Counted from the first letter of the stretch, positions 13,863 through 26,907 are shown. The stretch is 61,685 bases of DNA from Scenedesmus sp. PABB004 (GCA_014905635.1 JABVCE010000030.1:372001-433685); one strand, 5' to 3'. Notes: a model not told the origin generated them from the sequence alone. Program-made: numbers and translations.

Positions 13863-16800
13863 AGCGACGGCGCCTGGGCGGCGGCAGCGGCGCCTGGAGG
13901 CGCGAGCTTTGGCTCGCCCGCGGCGCCCCCTCTCGGCGGCGTGCGCCCGGCGCTGGCCCGCAGCGCCAGCCTCGGCGCGCGCTCGGCGTCCACGCCGGCG
14001 CTCAACACGCTCGGCCTGGTCGCGCTCGCCAGCCCGGGCGGCGCGGCCGGCGGCCTGCGCGCAGTGCAGGAGGCCCCAAACTCCGCCGGGCCGCGCGTCC
14101 GCTTCAACGTCGACGTCATCCCCACGCGCCACCCCGAGGCGGCGCCGTCGCCGGCAGACGCGGCGCTCCAGCCGCCGCGCCAGGCGTGGCAGCGCCCCGT
14201 GCAGCAGCAGCACGGCGGCGGCCCGCGGCGCTCGACCAGCGCGCACACGCTGCAGCAGCGGCCGCGCGCGTCTGCGCTGCCGAGCGGCGACGCGGCGGAG
14301 CCCGCGCTGCCGCCTGCGAGGGGCCAGGCCCCTGACTCGCCGCGGCACCCGCTGCAGCGCCCGCACTCGGTGCAGGGCACCGCCGCCGACCCGGCGCTGC
14401 CCCCGGTGCGCGCGCCTGGCGGGGGCGCCGAGGGTGCGCGCGGCGCCGACGGCACCAGAGCCGAGGGCAGCGGCGGCGTCGGCACGCGCCGGCGGCGGCG
14501 GCACTCGTCCGGGCTGCACATGCTGCTCAGCGGTCGGCTGCCGCAGCACCTTCTGCTGCCAGAGCAGCAGGCGCCCGGCCTCTCCGGCCTAACCGAGTAT
14601 GACCTGCTGAGCCCCACGCACCACCGGCGCCTGCAGCAGCTGCAGCTGCAGGCCGCCAGCTACATGGCGCGCGCGGCGGCGGCGGCTGCCGCGCAGTCGG
14701 CGGGCGCCGCGGAGGGCGCGGCGGGGCTGGGCGGCGGCGGCGGCTGGCCGCAGGGGCCGGTCGTGCTGCCGCTGCTGAGCCCGGACGGCGGCAGCTGGCT
14801 GCCGCTGCTGGCTGCCGGCGACCTCGAGCAGCTGGCGACGACGGCGGCGCCGCCCGACGTGGGCGCGCTGCCCGTGGCATGGCCGGCCGCGGCGAGCGCC
14901 GACGGCAGCCGCGCGGAGCGCGCGGCTGCGGCGGCCGAGCAGCTGCTGGCGGACCTGGGCAGGCAGCAGCAGTGCCACTCCGCGCCGGGGCAGACGGCGG
15001 CGCGTGCGTCGCCGCGCCCCTCCGCCGGTGGCAGCAGCGCAAGCCTGCTGGGCCCGGCCGGCGGCGGCGTCGGGCTGGGCGCGCTCACCGGCGGCTCGTC
15101 CGGCAGCGCGCCCGGCGCCGGCCGCCCGCCGGCGGGCGCGTGGGACGCGGCGGCGGGCGGGACGCCCGGCGTGCGCCTCGCCCGCGCGGTCTCTGCCGGC
15201 GGGGGCGGCGGTGGCGGCGGCGCGCCGCACGGCTACGCCGCCTCCCTGCAGAGCGCCGGCTTTGCCTCTGACACGCCGGCGCCGGGTGGTGGTGGCGGCG
15301 CGAGCGCCGCGACCGCCATGCTGTGCGGCTGGGCCTGCGCGGCGCCCGACGGCGCGCCGGGCGGCGCGGCCGCCGCCAAGGCGGCCGGCGCGCCGGGCGG
15401 CACCGCGGCCAGCCTGGAGCTGCAGCTCTGCGCCGCGCCGGCGGCGGTGGCGGCAGCGCTGGCGGGCCGTGGCGTGCAGCAGCTGCCCAGCCGCTGGTCG
15501 CCGGCGGCCAGGATCGAGCTGCGCGAGGGCGGCTCGGGCCGGCCGGCGTCGTCAAGCTGCCGCTCGTCCTGCCCAGCCCCGACGGCACGCTGCGCCACGT
15601 GCTCGGCGCGCAGGGCGCCGCGGCGGCGGCCGCGCACAGCGCCGTCATGGGCCTGACGGGCGGCGACGGCCCCGACGGCGCGCGCCGCAGCGGCAGCGGC
15701 GCCGCGCTCGGCGCCGGCGCGCCGCCCGGCGGCGGCGCCGCGGCGCAGGCGGCGCCGGGCGGCGCGCGCGGCGCCGGCGGCTGGGGCCGCTGGGCGACCG
15801 GCGGCGGCGCGCCGCCGCTGGCGGCGCAGCAGGGCGCGTGCTTCGTGTCGCTGCACACCGCGCGCGTGCCCGGCGGCGGCGGCGCGTGGGCGGTGCACCT
15901 GCTGCCCACGTACCTTCTGCTCAACACGCTGGCGGTGGCGGTGCAGCTGCGCCAGGCGGGCAGCGAGCTCGTGCTGCAGTCGGTGCCGCCGGGCGGGCAC
16001 GCGTGCGTGCTCTGGCCCGACGCGGCGCTGCCGCTGCGCCTGCAGTTCCGCGTCGCCGAGCCGGGCTGGTCCTGGTCCGGCGGCGCTGCGGTCGACGCGC
16101 CGGGCGAGTTCCTGGTCAAGGTGCGGCACCGCAACCGCGGCGAGACGCTGCTGCTGCAGCTCGACGTCGCCGCCGCGAGCAGCGGCGCGAGCATCGTCGC
16201 GACGCTCTCGGGCCGCACCGGCGGCTTTGCGCCGTACCGGCTCGACAACTGCAGCGGCGAGACGGTGCACGTGCAGCAGGCGGGCTGCGTGGAGCAGGAG
16301 GACGTGCTGCAGCCCTACAGCAGCCTGCCGTTTGCGTGGGACGAGCCCTCGCTGCCGCATCGGGTGCTGCTGTTCCTGCCCGGGCACCGCCCGCTCGGCG
16401 AGTTTGCGCTGGAGCACGTGGGGACGTCGCGCCTCGTCAGCGTCACGACCGGCAGCGGCCGCGACGGCGGCGCGCGCCGGCGGCGCACGCTGCTGCTGAC
16501 GACGTACGCCGAGGGGCCGATGCGCGTTCTGCGCGTGCTCGACACGCGCACGCACCTGCTCGCGCCGCCGGCGCCGGGGCGGGCGCTGGGGCCGGCGGCC
16601 GCCGCGGCGGCCGTCGGCGCCGCGGGCGGCCTCGGCGCCGCCGACAGCCACGGCTCGCTCGGCGGCTTTGGCCACCACGGCAGCAGCGGCCAGCTCGCCG
16701 GCGGCGCCAGCGCGCAGCTGCTGAGCCGCAGCAGCAGCGCCGCGAGCCTGACCGGCCGCGGCGCAGCGCCGGGCCCCGGCGGCGGCACGCAGGCGCCCGG

Positions 16801-18707
16801 CGGCGGCGCCGCCGCGGCCGGCGCTGCCGGCGGCGGCGCGGCGCCGTTCAAGGCGCCGTCCGAGCGGCAGGGCATGCTCCGCAAGCTCGCGGCCTTCCTT
16901 GCCGCGCCGCCGCCGGCCGCCCCCGCGCCGGCTGGCGGCCGGGCGAGCCCGGCGGCGGCGACGTGTCGGCGGCCAACATCGCCGCGCCGTCGCTCGACCT
17001 GCGGCTCGCGCTGCCCGGCGCGAGCGCGTCGCTCGTGAGCGAGAGCCGGGAGCTCGCGTACACGGTCGCTGCGCGGCTGCGCGCGCGGCTCGCGCAGGAC
17101 GCGGTGCGCCGCGCGCTCGGGCTCACGCTCGGCAGCGTGCGCGTCGAGAACACTCTGTACAGTGCCGCCTATCCCCTGCTGCTGGTCAGCCCCGTGGGGC
17201 GCTCCGTGTTTGGCGTCGTCGTGCCGACCGGCGCCGCGCCGCCCGGCACGCCCGCGGCGGCGGCGGGCCCGGCGGCGCGGGCGGCCCCGACGCCGCCGGC
17301 GCGCCCGGCGGCGCGGGCGCGGGCGGCGGCGCCGCGCCGGCGCCGGGGGGCGCGGGCGGCGACGCTGCGCCGGCGGCGGGCGCGGCGGCACAGCTCGCGC
17401 TCGGTCCGCCGCCGCCGGAGCCGGCGCTGCTGCCGCACCACATGGCGCTCGGGCTGCTCACGACGGTGTGGCGCACGCAGCCGTCGGGCGTGGTGTGCGT
17501 CGAGCAGCTCGGCGTGCAGGTGTCGCCCTGCGCGCTCAGCCTGGAGGGCAAGCACCTCAAGCAGCTCCTGGACTTCTGCTCCGCCATGGCCGCAGCAACG
17601 GCGGACGCCGGCGCCGCGTCGGCGCGCGCCGCGCCCGGCGCGGGCGGCGCAGCGCGGCCGCGGCCGCTCGCGCTGCGCCCGCCGCCGCCGGTGCGGCCGC
17701 CGAGCCTGCCCGCGGCGGCCAAGGACCGGCTGAAGCTGTATTTTGAGGAGTGGCGCGTCTCGCCCATCACGCTCTGCGTGAGCTTCGCGCCCGACTCGTG
17801 GTTCGACCCGCTGCCGGGCGGCGCCAGCGGCGGCGGCGGCGGCGCGCCGATCGGCGCCGGCGGCGGCCTCGGCCCGCTGCTGGCGACCGCGGGCGGCGCC
17901 GCGGCGGCGCCGCCGGCCGGCGAGGGCGGCGGCGGCGACGCGGAGCAGCTGCAGGACGGCAGCGCGGGCGGCGGCGCCCGCGGCGACCCCGCGGCGCCGG
18001 GCTCGCCCGGGGCGCCCGGCGGCGCGCCGCCGCAGCAGCAGCAGCAGCCGCCGGGCGGCGGCGCGCCGCTGCCGGTGTGGCTGCAGATGGCGCTCGCGCT
18101 CGCGCACGCGGAGGAGGGCGCGTGGCTGACGCTCGGCGCGTTTGAGAGCGCGCACACCATGATCAACACCGACTCGCTCGTGCAGGCGCGGCGCGGCGCG
18201 CGCGCTGACGCCGCCCTGCTGCGCGGACGCCGCCGCCCTCGCCCGCTGCGCCCTTGACCCGCCGCCGTCCTCGCCCGCCGCCGTCCTCGCGTGCTGCCGC
18301 CTTGACCCTGTGCCGCGCGCAGGTGCTGGGCCGGCACTACATTCTCGCGGCCTACCAGGAGCTCCCCAAGGTCCTCGCCTCGCTGGACATCTTTGGCGAC
18401 CCCGCCCGCCTGCTGCAGGCGCTCGGGCTGGGATTCTGGCACCTGCTCACGCTGCCCGCGCACTCGGCGCGCTGGGGCCCGCACCGCAGCCTGCAGCGCC
18501 TGCTGCGCGGCGTGCGCGTGATGGCGTACGGCGTGAGCAACAGCATCGCCAAGGGCAGCAAGCGCAGCAAGGCCGCGCTGCTGCCGCTCGCGCCGGCGGG
18601 GCTCACGTGGCAGGCCGCCGGCGGCGGCGGGAGCGGCGGCGGCGGCGGCGGCGCGGCGGAGCGCCGCGGCGCCGGCGCCGGCAGCGCGCTCGCGCTCGCG
18701 GCGCCGC

Positions 18708-18744
<37 letters not shown>

Positions 18745-20102
18745 GGCGGCGGCGGCGGCGAGGCGCGCGAGGAGGCGGCGGGGCAGGACCTGCTGCACGT
18801 GCTCGTCGCCGGCTACTCGCTCTCGCTGCAGCAGCTGCTGCGCAGCTGCCAGGCGGGCCAGCCGCTGCGCGGCGCGCTGCGCGCGGCCGCGCAGGCACTC
18901 GTGCTGCCGGCGCTGCTGCTGCTCGAGATCAGTGAGTCGACGGCCGCGAGCTTTCGCCGCCTGCTCGTCGAGGCGGTCGCGGGCGCGGTGCCGGCGCGCG
19001 TGCCGCGCCACGTCGTGCCCGGTCGCCTGCTCGCGCGGTACGACCGCCTCGAGTCCCTCGGCCGCGCGCTGCTGCACCACGCGCCAGGGCCGTACGGCCG
19101 CGAGGAGTACCTCGGCGCCGCGGAGCTCGCGCCGGGGCTGCACGCCGTCGTCACGGTCGGGCACCTGCTGCTGCTCGGCTGCGACGTCGCGCCGGCCGCG
19201 CCGGGCGGCGGCGGCGGCGGGAGCGGCGGCGCGCCCGCGATTGCGCCCGCGCCCGCCGCCGTTGCGGCGGAGGGCGCGGCGGCGGAGGCGGCGCCGGCGG
19301 AGGCGGCGCCGGCGGGCGCCGCGGCGCTGCCGCTGGCCGTGGCGGCGGCGGCCGGGGTGCCCCGGGCGAGGCGGCGGCGGACGCGCCGCCCGCGCCACCA
19401 CCCGGCACCGGCGGCGCGGCGGTCGCGTACAAGCGGCCCGAGCTGCTGCTGGTGCTGCGGGTCACGGACATCATGATGGTCGCTGTCGAGGGCCCCACCG
19501 TGCGCCTGCTCTGCATGGCCGGTGACCAGCCCGCGCGCAGCGGCGGCAGCCGCGCGGCCACGCCCGCGCCCGACGAGCCCGGCGACGAGGGCGGCGGCGG
19601 CGAGCCGCGCGCCGACGATGCCGGCGAGCGCGCCGGCGCGGCGCCGGGCGCGCCGGCGCACGCGGCGTCGCCCGCGGCGGCGGCGGCGCCGGAGGGCGAG
19701 GCGGAGACCGGCGGCCCATCGGGGCTGCGCCACCTCGTCACGGACGGCCCCGCGCCGCCGCCGCGGCAGCCCCCGCCCGGCCGCCCGCCCGCGCTCGCGG
19801 CGCCGGGCGTGGCCGACCTCGAGGCGGCGGCCGCGGCGGCGGGCGCGGCCGCCGCGGCGAGCGGCAGCGGCGGCCCGCTGCTCAGCCCCGCGCGCCAGCC
19901 CGACGGCGCCGCCGGCGGTGGCGGCGACGCCGACGACGGCGCGGGCTTTGGCGGCGGCGGCGGCAAGTGGTTTGTCGGGCACAGCCTGCCGTGCGGCAGC
20001 GAGGCGGCGGCGCGGCAGCTGCAGGCGCTGCTGCAGCGCGCGTGCTCGCGCCTCGACCGGCTCATCGCCAGCAGCGTGTGGCAGCGCCAGCTGCTGCTCT
20101 GA
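2473..20102 (+). CDS. VPS13: VPS13-family bridge-like lipid transfer protein (multi-exon, several apparent frameshifts)
   Basis: Chorein-N start [77 protein letters not shown] near 11340; VAB/SHR-BD-like segments ([26 protein letters not shown] at 15900-16350); VPS13_C-like [33 protein letters not shown] and RVPRH..LARYD; stop at 20100-20102. Confidence 0.9.
8017..8082 (+). repeat. (CAG)22 microsatellite, poly-Q in VPS13
   Basis: Uninterrupted CAG run of 66 nt. Confidence 0.95.
13791..13862 (+). repeat. (GGC)24 microsatellite, poly-Gly in the probable VPS13 frame
   Basis: Uninterrupted GGC run of 72 nt. Confidence 0.95.
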
Positions 20103-20544
20103 GCGGCGCTGGCTGGCAGCAGGAGCGGGAGCGCGGTCTTGTTCTTAGGATAGTTGGGCGGCGGGCACAGCTGTGCCGCGGGCGGGAGAGGGAAGGGGGG
20201 CGCAGCGGCGGCGCACGGCCGCCTCGGCCCTGATCGCCGGGGCAGGCTGGAATCGGTTTCCTGTTTCCTGTTTCATGCGCGAGGCAACGCAGACGATCAA
20301 TCGTGCCGGAGCCACAGCAGGCGGCGAAGCACGCACACCAGGCCGGCTCGCCAGCAGTCCCGCAACTAGGGGAGCACGCGCTCCCTCGCAGAATGCCCCC
20401 GCATCATCCGAGTCATGCCCCATCCCGCACGACCTTTTTCCCATGCCCCCAGTGCTGGCGTCTCTGACGTCAGACCCGACCGCTCGTGGCCAGCTGGCTG
20501 ACTGCAGTCAGCCCCCAGTCGCGTGTGGCCCGCCGCCCGCCCGG

Positions 20545-21062
20545 TCAGCACGCCGCGACGGCGCCCTGGTCGGGGCGCTGCTGCGCGTGCTGCGCGTCGC
20601 CCGAGGCGCCGGGCGCCTTGCCGGCGGCGGCGCGCCGCTCGGCCACAAACTTGGCCGCCCCGCAGCAGGCGCCTGAGTCGGGCGGGAGCATAAGGGAGCA
20701 GAACTGGAGCGGCGGCGGCCGCGGCGGCGCGGCGGCGCGGCGGCGGCGGCGCGGGTCAAGGGGCGCGGCGGCGCCGACGCGGCGCGGCGAGCGGGCGCCG
20801 CCCGGCCCAGCCGAGTGCAGCGCAGCGCCGCCCCGCTCGCTCGCCTCGGCGAAATCAATCATGCCGTCCGCGTTCGCGTCGGCCTCTGCGAGCACGCGCG
20901 CCACGTCCACGTGCAGCGCCGCCGCGTCGATCGCGCCGCCGCGCAGCGCCTCCTCCAGCTCCGCGCGCGAGATGACGCCATCATTGTCAGAATCGAAGCT
21001 CTGCGCGTGTGCGCGCGTGGCGGCGGGGTCGGGGCCCGGCGCGTCGGCGGCGCGGGCGCGTC

Positions 21063-21094
<32 letters not shown>

Positions 21095-24064
21095 TGCGCG
21101 TGCGCGTGCGCGCGGGCGCGCACGCTGAACGCGGCCGCGAGGTGGTCCTCGCGCGCGAGCTTGCTGAGGTGCAGCGTGGCCGACAGGAACTCCTCATAGT
21201 CGAGCTCACGGTCGCGGTTGGCGTCTGGCGGCGGGGGGGGGGGGGGGGGGGGAGTGCAGCCAGCGCGGCGGGTGCCGGCGCTGGCGGGCCGGCGCGGCGC
21301 GGCGCGGCGCGGCGCCCGCGCGCGGACCGTCCCCGTCCGCAGCGCGGCCCGCCCGGCGTGCAGCCGAGCGTGCGCACCCGCGAGGTCGATGAGCGCGTGC
21401 ACCTCTGCCGCGGGCAGCGCCGCGCCGCGGCCCGCGAGCGCGTCCTGCAGCTCGGCGACGCTGATCGTGCCGCTGCCGTCGGCGTCGATCGCCTCAAACA
21501 CCGTCCGCAGCCCGCGCACCTCGTCGGGCGAGAGACGCTGCGCCACAAACTGCCGCGGGCGCGCGCGGGGCGGGCGGGGTCGGCGCGCGGCCGCCGTCCG
21601 ACGCGCCCGCGCGTCGGACGGCTCGCCGCCTCCCCGCCCGCGCCGCCCCGCCCCGCACCGCCCCGCGCCGCCCCGCGCCTCCCCGCACCCGCAGCGCTGC
21701 CTTCTTGAGCTTGTTCATTGCCGCAAAGGAGCGCAGCCTGTGCAGCACCTCGGGCTCAATCACATTGTCGCCGGCCAGCCCGCCCTCCACGACCCAGGGG
21801 TCGGCCAGCATCTCCGCCGCGCTCGGCCGATCGGCCGGCTTGTAAGACATCATGCGCACGACCGCCGCCTGCGCGCCGCCGCGGCGCGCGGCTCGTCGTG
21901 CCAACCACCCTGGTCCCAGCCGAGCCCCGCGGCCCCCGCGCACGGGCGCGCGGCGCGGCGCGCGCCTTGGCGGGCTCGCTGATCGCGTCCCAGTGGTGCC
22001 CCGTGAAGTCTGGCCGGCCGTCGTCGACGATCATGCGGAACACTGCGCAGGAGGGAGAGTGTTTGGGGGTGGGTCCATGGGGGAGTGATGGGGGGGGTCA
22101 AGGGGTGAGCGAGGGGGTGGGCCCAGGGGAGAGTGTTTGGGTCAAGGGGTGAGCGAGGGGGGAGGGTCCAGGGGAGAGTGAGGAAGCGTCAGAACTCTGT
22201 GATCCGCATTCAACGGTTGCATGCGGACTCTATAGAACGCGCAGGCCGACCTCCTCCTCACTTAAGAGGCGCGTGGCGGTGCTTGGTGCGGTCGACCGGG
22301 CCGGGCCCGCCGGCGGCGCGCGCGTGGCGCCGCGACCCCGCCGCACGCACCCTCGTCGTCGCGCGCGTGCGCAAAGGGCGGCCGCCCGCAGAGCAGAATG
22401 TAGAGGATGACGCCGACCGCCCACACGTCACTCGCCTCGTCGGCGTCGCCCTGTGCCAGCGGCGCGTCGACGCAAGCGAGGCGAGCAGGCGCGGCGCGTG
22501 GGCGGCGCGGGCGGCGGCGGCGCGGGCGGCAGGGGCCTGCGCCGCCCTGGGCGCCCTGGGCCCCCGTGGCGGGGCGCCGGCGCGGCCAGCGTGGCGCACC
22601 ATGAGGACCTCCGGCGCCATGTAGTAGCTGCGGCGGCGGGGCGCAGCGGGGCAGGGCAGGGGAGGGGCAGCGCCGGCGGCGGCGGCGGCGTCAGGCCGCG
22701 CAGCACGCGGCGGCCGGCGCCGCCGCGCCGCGCCGCCGCACCAGGTGCCGACGCAGTCGCGGAGCTTCTCGCCCGGCCGGATGAAGCTGCTCAGCCCAAA
22801 GTCAGCGGCCTTGAGCACGTCGCCGCCGTCGTCGCCCTGGGCCAGCAAGAAGTTGTCTGTTTTCGGGCGAGCGAGAGAAGGAGAGAGAGAGAGAGCGGGA
22901 GAGCGCATAGGAGGCGGCGGCGGCGGCGCAGGGGTTGGAGGGGCTCCGGCAAGGGAGCGGCGCGGGCGGGCCACACAGCGGCCCGCTTGCCGGGGCAGTG
23001 CGAGGCCGCGGCTGGCGCACGCGGCGGGGCAGCAAGGGGGAGGGACGGCGGCGGCGGCGGCGCACCCGGCTTGAGGTCGCGGTGCACCACGCCCAGGCTG
23101 TGCAGGTACGCCAGAACCTGCCGCCGGCGGCAGCCCCGGCGGCGGCGGCGGCGGCGGCGCTCGGCGCCCGCGCCGGCCGGCGCGCCGGCTGCGGCCGTGC
23201 CGTCTCCGCCGCGCCACGCGCGCGCGCGCGCCCGTGCGCGCCGCACCCTGAGCATCGTGCGCACCGCCTCCGCGGCGTCGCGCTCGGTGTAGGACCCCGC
23301 GCGCGGTGAGGCGCGTGACGAGGTCGCCGCCGGGACAGAGCTCCATGACCAGGTGGACGTACGCCCCGTCCTCCAGCGCCTCCACCAGCGAGACAATGTG
23401 TGGGTGCCCTACACGCAGGTCACGGCAGGGCCGCGGGCGCGGGCGGCCGGCGCGCGGGTGCGGCGCGACGCGCGGGTGCGGCGCGGCGCGCGCCCGAGCG
23501 CGTGGCAGCGGCCGCAGGCGGCAGCGCCTGAGCGCGGCGCGGCGCACCCGCGACGTGGTGCATGATCTGCAGCTCGCTGCGCACCGCCGCCGCCTCGGCG
23601 CCGCGCAGGCGCGCCTTGGCGATCGACTTGACCGCAAACTCCCGGCCGTCGCTCCGCCGCACGGCGAGCCGCGTCACGCCAAACTGCCCCGCGCCGAGCA
23701 CCTGCGCGCGGCGGCCGGCCGGCTCGGCGCCGCCGCGCGGCGCGGGGCGGGGCTGGCGCCCGGCGTCACCCGACGTGTCTGCACAGTCAGCGGCGGTGCG
23801 CGCCGCACCTTGCCGACCTCGTACGCCGCGTTGATGTCGTCCGCGTGCGGCCGCCCGAGCACCGAGTTGACCAGCGGCGCGGAGGTGTCGACGGGGCCGA
23901 ACGGCGGCGCCTCCGGCGAGGGCGGCGCAGCCGCCGCCGCCTGTGCGCAGTGCCGGCCGGCGGTGAGCGGAGGCGTGCGCGTGCGCGCGGCGCCTGGTCC
24001 GCGCGCGACCGCTCACCTTGACGTCGTCGGTCTCAGCCAGGCTCGAGGAGCAAATGTTGCCCAT
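20545..24064 (-). CDS. CDPK: Calcium-dependent protein kinase (kinase, junction, 4 EF-hands), about 14 exons
   Basis: MGNIC myristoylation/palmitoylation start; LGAGQFGVT, AVKSIAK, VMELCPGGDL, HRDLKPDNFLL, ADFGLS, YYMAPE, SDVWAVGVILYILLCGRPPF; junction LRSFAAMNKLKKAALR; EF loops DADGSGTISVAE, DANRDRELDYEE, DSDNDGVISRAE, DANADGMIDFAE. One extra base at 23295-23298 breaks the frame (probable sequencing error). Confidence 0.95.
22053..22180. repeat. G-rich minisatellite (about 45-bp unit, 2 copies plus a partial one) in a CDPK intron
   Basis: GGGTCAAGGGGTGAGCGAGGGGG..GGG(C/T)CCAGGGGAGAGTG occurs twice in tandem, with a degenerate copy starting near 22053. Confidence 0.8.
22176..22263. other. 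Imperfect inverted repeat / long stem-loop in a CDPK intron
   Basis: Minus strand pairs GTGAGGAGG with CTTCCTCAC, GTCGG with CTGAC, TCCGCAT with ATGCGGA and CAA with TTG around a small loop. GC content is far below the surroundings. Confidence 0.75.
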
Positions 24065-24453
24065 TGCGCGTGCGGCTCACTCGCTGCCGCCGCCGCCGCT
24101 GCTGCTGCTGCTGCTGCCGCACGCGCGAGCGACCCGCTCCGACAAGCACCGTGCCAGCTCCGGGAGATGCTACAGAGCTTGGAGGTCGTTTCGAGGGCGG
24201 ACGGCGAGCACGGCGCGGGATCGAGAGCAGCAGCCGGCCTCGGAAGCTCGCGCGGTCAAGCACCGCGCCCGTCGCGCGCTGGGCGGGTTGCGATGCGTCA
24301 CCGGGCGAGGCGATCACGGCGGGTGCGAGGCACAGCGGGTGCAGACAAGAGGCTGTCACCGGCTTGAAGCGCGGCGCCGCTGCTCGCGCTCCGACGCTCG
24401 GGCGTCCGAGGCCCGGCGCAGCTGCGCCCCTGACCGCTCACCCTCCCTCTGGC

Positions 24454-25405
24454 TCACGCGGCTGGCGGCCAGGGCTCGGCGAGCTCCTCGACGCTCGCGC
24501 CCGCGAGCAGGCGCGGCAGCTTGGCGGCGAGCAGCGCGCGCACCGCGCCCAGGTCCGCCTCCAGCCCTGCCGCCGCGTGCACCGTCAGGCACTCGCGGCC
24601 GTGGCACTCGTCGGTGGTCCAGCCGGCGTAGCGCGCGTGCGAGGGCTCCTTGTACCTGCCGCGGGGCGGGGACCCCAGCTCGCCCTCGCGCCGGGGGGCC
24701 CACCGCCGCGCCGGCGCCGCCGAGCCCGCCGCCGCCGCCGCCGCGCTGCGCGCACCTGCACCAGCGCGGCTCGCGCGGCCGCCACGCCCAGTGGTGCAGC
24801 ACGCCCGTGCCGCGCGTGAGGTTTGCGTAGAGGGCGCTCACGCCCCGCCAGTCCCACTTGTACGGCAGCAGCTCGAGCACCGCGCCGCCCGGCGGGAGCA
24901 GCACCGCCGACGCGAGCAGCGGCCCGTGCCGCGCGACGACGACGCCGCTGCCGGCCATGGTCGCGAGGTGGGAGAGGAACGGCGCGCCCATGGTCAGCGA
25001 CACCGTGCGCACCGTGAAGCCGAGCGGCTCGGCGACGTCGCGCAGCGCGTCGACCAGCGCCGCGTGGTTGACCACGGGCGGGTAGTCCTCCGCATACATC
25101 AGCACCGTCACGACGCGCGGCAGCCTGCTGCCGCCGCCGCTGCTGCCGCTGTCGCTGCCGCCGCCCCTGCTGCCGCTGCCGCTGCCGCCGCCCCTGCTGC
25201 CGCTGCCGCTGCCGCCGCTGCTGCGCCGCCGGCGCCGCCGCCGCACCGCGCGCACGCGGGCGCGTGGGGCGGGCCCCAGGCGTGCCGCGCCAGCGCGGCG
25301 TCGCGGAAGCGCGCCGCCAGCGCGGGCGTGCTGAACCCCAGCTCGCCCGGCGCGCGCCAGAGGCCGCGCCACGCCGCGAGCTGCGCGGCGCCGTCCAGCG
25401 GCGCC

Positions 25406-25454
<49 letters not shown>

Positions 25455-26499
25455 GCAGGGGCGGCGGCGCCGGCAGAACGCGGCCCGGCATGGAGGGGAT
25501 GGGATACCGGTCCTGGATGACCAGCAGCGCCTCAAACTCCAGCCAGCCGTGGCTCGCCCAGTCGGACAGGTCGCCGTCGCCGAGCAGCGGCGGCAGCGGC
25601 TTGTCGCTCGCCGCCGCGCCGGTCGGCCGCCCCGCGCCGCCGTCGCCCCAGGCCGGGCGGGCGGGGTCGAGCGCGAGCGCGAGCGCCTCGCGCGGCCAGC
25701 TGTACAGGTGCGCGGGCCGCACGTTGGGCAGCAGCACGCGGTCAACGTACGGCGGCGGCGGCGCGCCGTCGCCCCCGTCCCCGCCGCCGCCGCCGCGCCG
25801 CCGCAGGCCGTCCGGCAGCAGCGCGCGCCAGGCGGGGTTTGAGAGGACGCTGAACAACGGCAGCAGCACCTCGGCCCAGTGGCCCAGGTTGTCGGGGAAC
25901 GCGGGGAAGGGAAAGTCGATCAGGAGCGTCACGCCCGGCACGTAGCACACCTGGCCGCCAGCGCACGGGTCAGCGCGCGGGCGGGCAGGCGGGCGGGCGG
26001 CGGTGGCGGCTCGGCCGCGGGCGCGTCGCGGGGCGGCGCCCGTGCCGCCCCGGGCGCGGCAGCGCTGACGCACCCGGAGCGTCTCGTGGAAGGCCGCCGG
26101 GTCGGCCGCCGGCAGGCGCACGAGCTGCACGTTGGCCGACACGCCGGCGTCGATGCCATCGTCGCGCGGCGCCGCCTCGTCCTCGGCCCCCTCCTCGCCC
26201 GCCTCGCCGCCGCCGTCGGTGCTGCCGGCGGCGTCGACGACGGCGTACCAGCGCTTGCTGTGGCGGTAGACGTTGCGGTAGACCTTGGCCATGTTGCCGC
26301 CCCACGCCATGCTGCTCGCCGCGGCGGCGCCGGCAAACGGCTCCGCGCCGCACCAGGGCGGCGGCCCCGCGAGCGGCGCCTGCTGGTCCTGCGCCGCCTG
26401 CGAGCCCGCAGTCGTGGCGGCGGCAGCGGCGGCGACGGCCGCCGCCAGGCCGGCCAGCAGCAGCGCCAGCGCGCCGCGCGCCGCCGCCCGCGCCCGCAT
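24454..26499 (-). CDS. Glycosyltransferase family 61 (DUF563-like), N-terminal signal or anchor, 3 exons
   Basis: Hydrophobic N-terminus; DNLGHWAEVLLPLFS; VVNHAALVDAL; PFLSHLATMAGSGVVVARHGPLLASAVLLPPGGAVLELLPY, matching the GT61 HG...LPPG.VLE..P motif. Two GT-AG introns; frameshift near 25225 in a Gly/Ser linker. Confidence 0.85.
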
Positions 26500-26907
26500 C
26501 GCGGCGCGCGCTGCTGCCACTAGCGGCTGGCCATCGCGGCGGCGGCGGCGATCGCGGCGCCGCGCCGCTCGGGCGGGAGCCGGTGCCGCTGGGAGCAGTC
26601 ACCGGGCGTGCGGCAGCGGGGGCTGCGGCAGCTCCGCTCGGCGGCGCACGGCAGCGGCGGTGCGGCCGTTTGAGCGCGCGCTCGGCTCGAGAGTCGACCG
26701 GCCGCTGGCAGCGCCGCGCGCGGTGTAGAAGGGATCGCGGCTGTGGGATGGGGGTCCAGGGCAGTGACCTGCTCGGCGCGGCAACGCCGCTGACGAGCAG
26801 AAGCGCGGCGGCGCACCGCGGCGGCGCAGCAGCGCGGCGGCCCAGCCGGCCCCTGCTGTGCCGCCCAGTCCCTGTCCTGCGCGCCCCCCGACGCAGCGCC
26901 TGGCGCG

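Noticed and set aside
7003..14592. 2529-aa ORF as a standalone giant gene
   Set aside because: It is the middle of VPS13 and reads through several in-frame introns (for example 11374-11526 and 12553-12660).
2473..20102. VPS13 as a pseudogene or programmed frameshift target
   Set aside because: The same kind of indel affects several conserved genes in the window, including POLD3, and no consistent slippery motif is visible; assembly error is more parsimonious.
22176..22263. Hammerhead ribozyme or SECIS interpretation of the hairpin
   Set aside because: No CUGANGA/GAAA core, and it lies in an intron rather than the 3' UTR of a UGA-containing gene.
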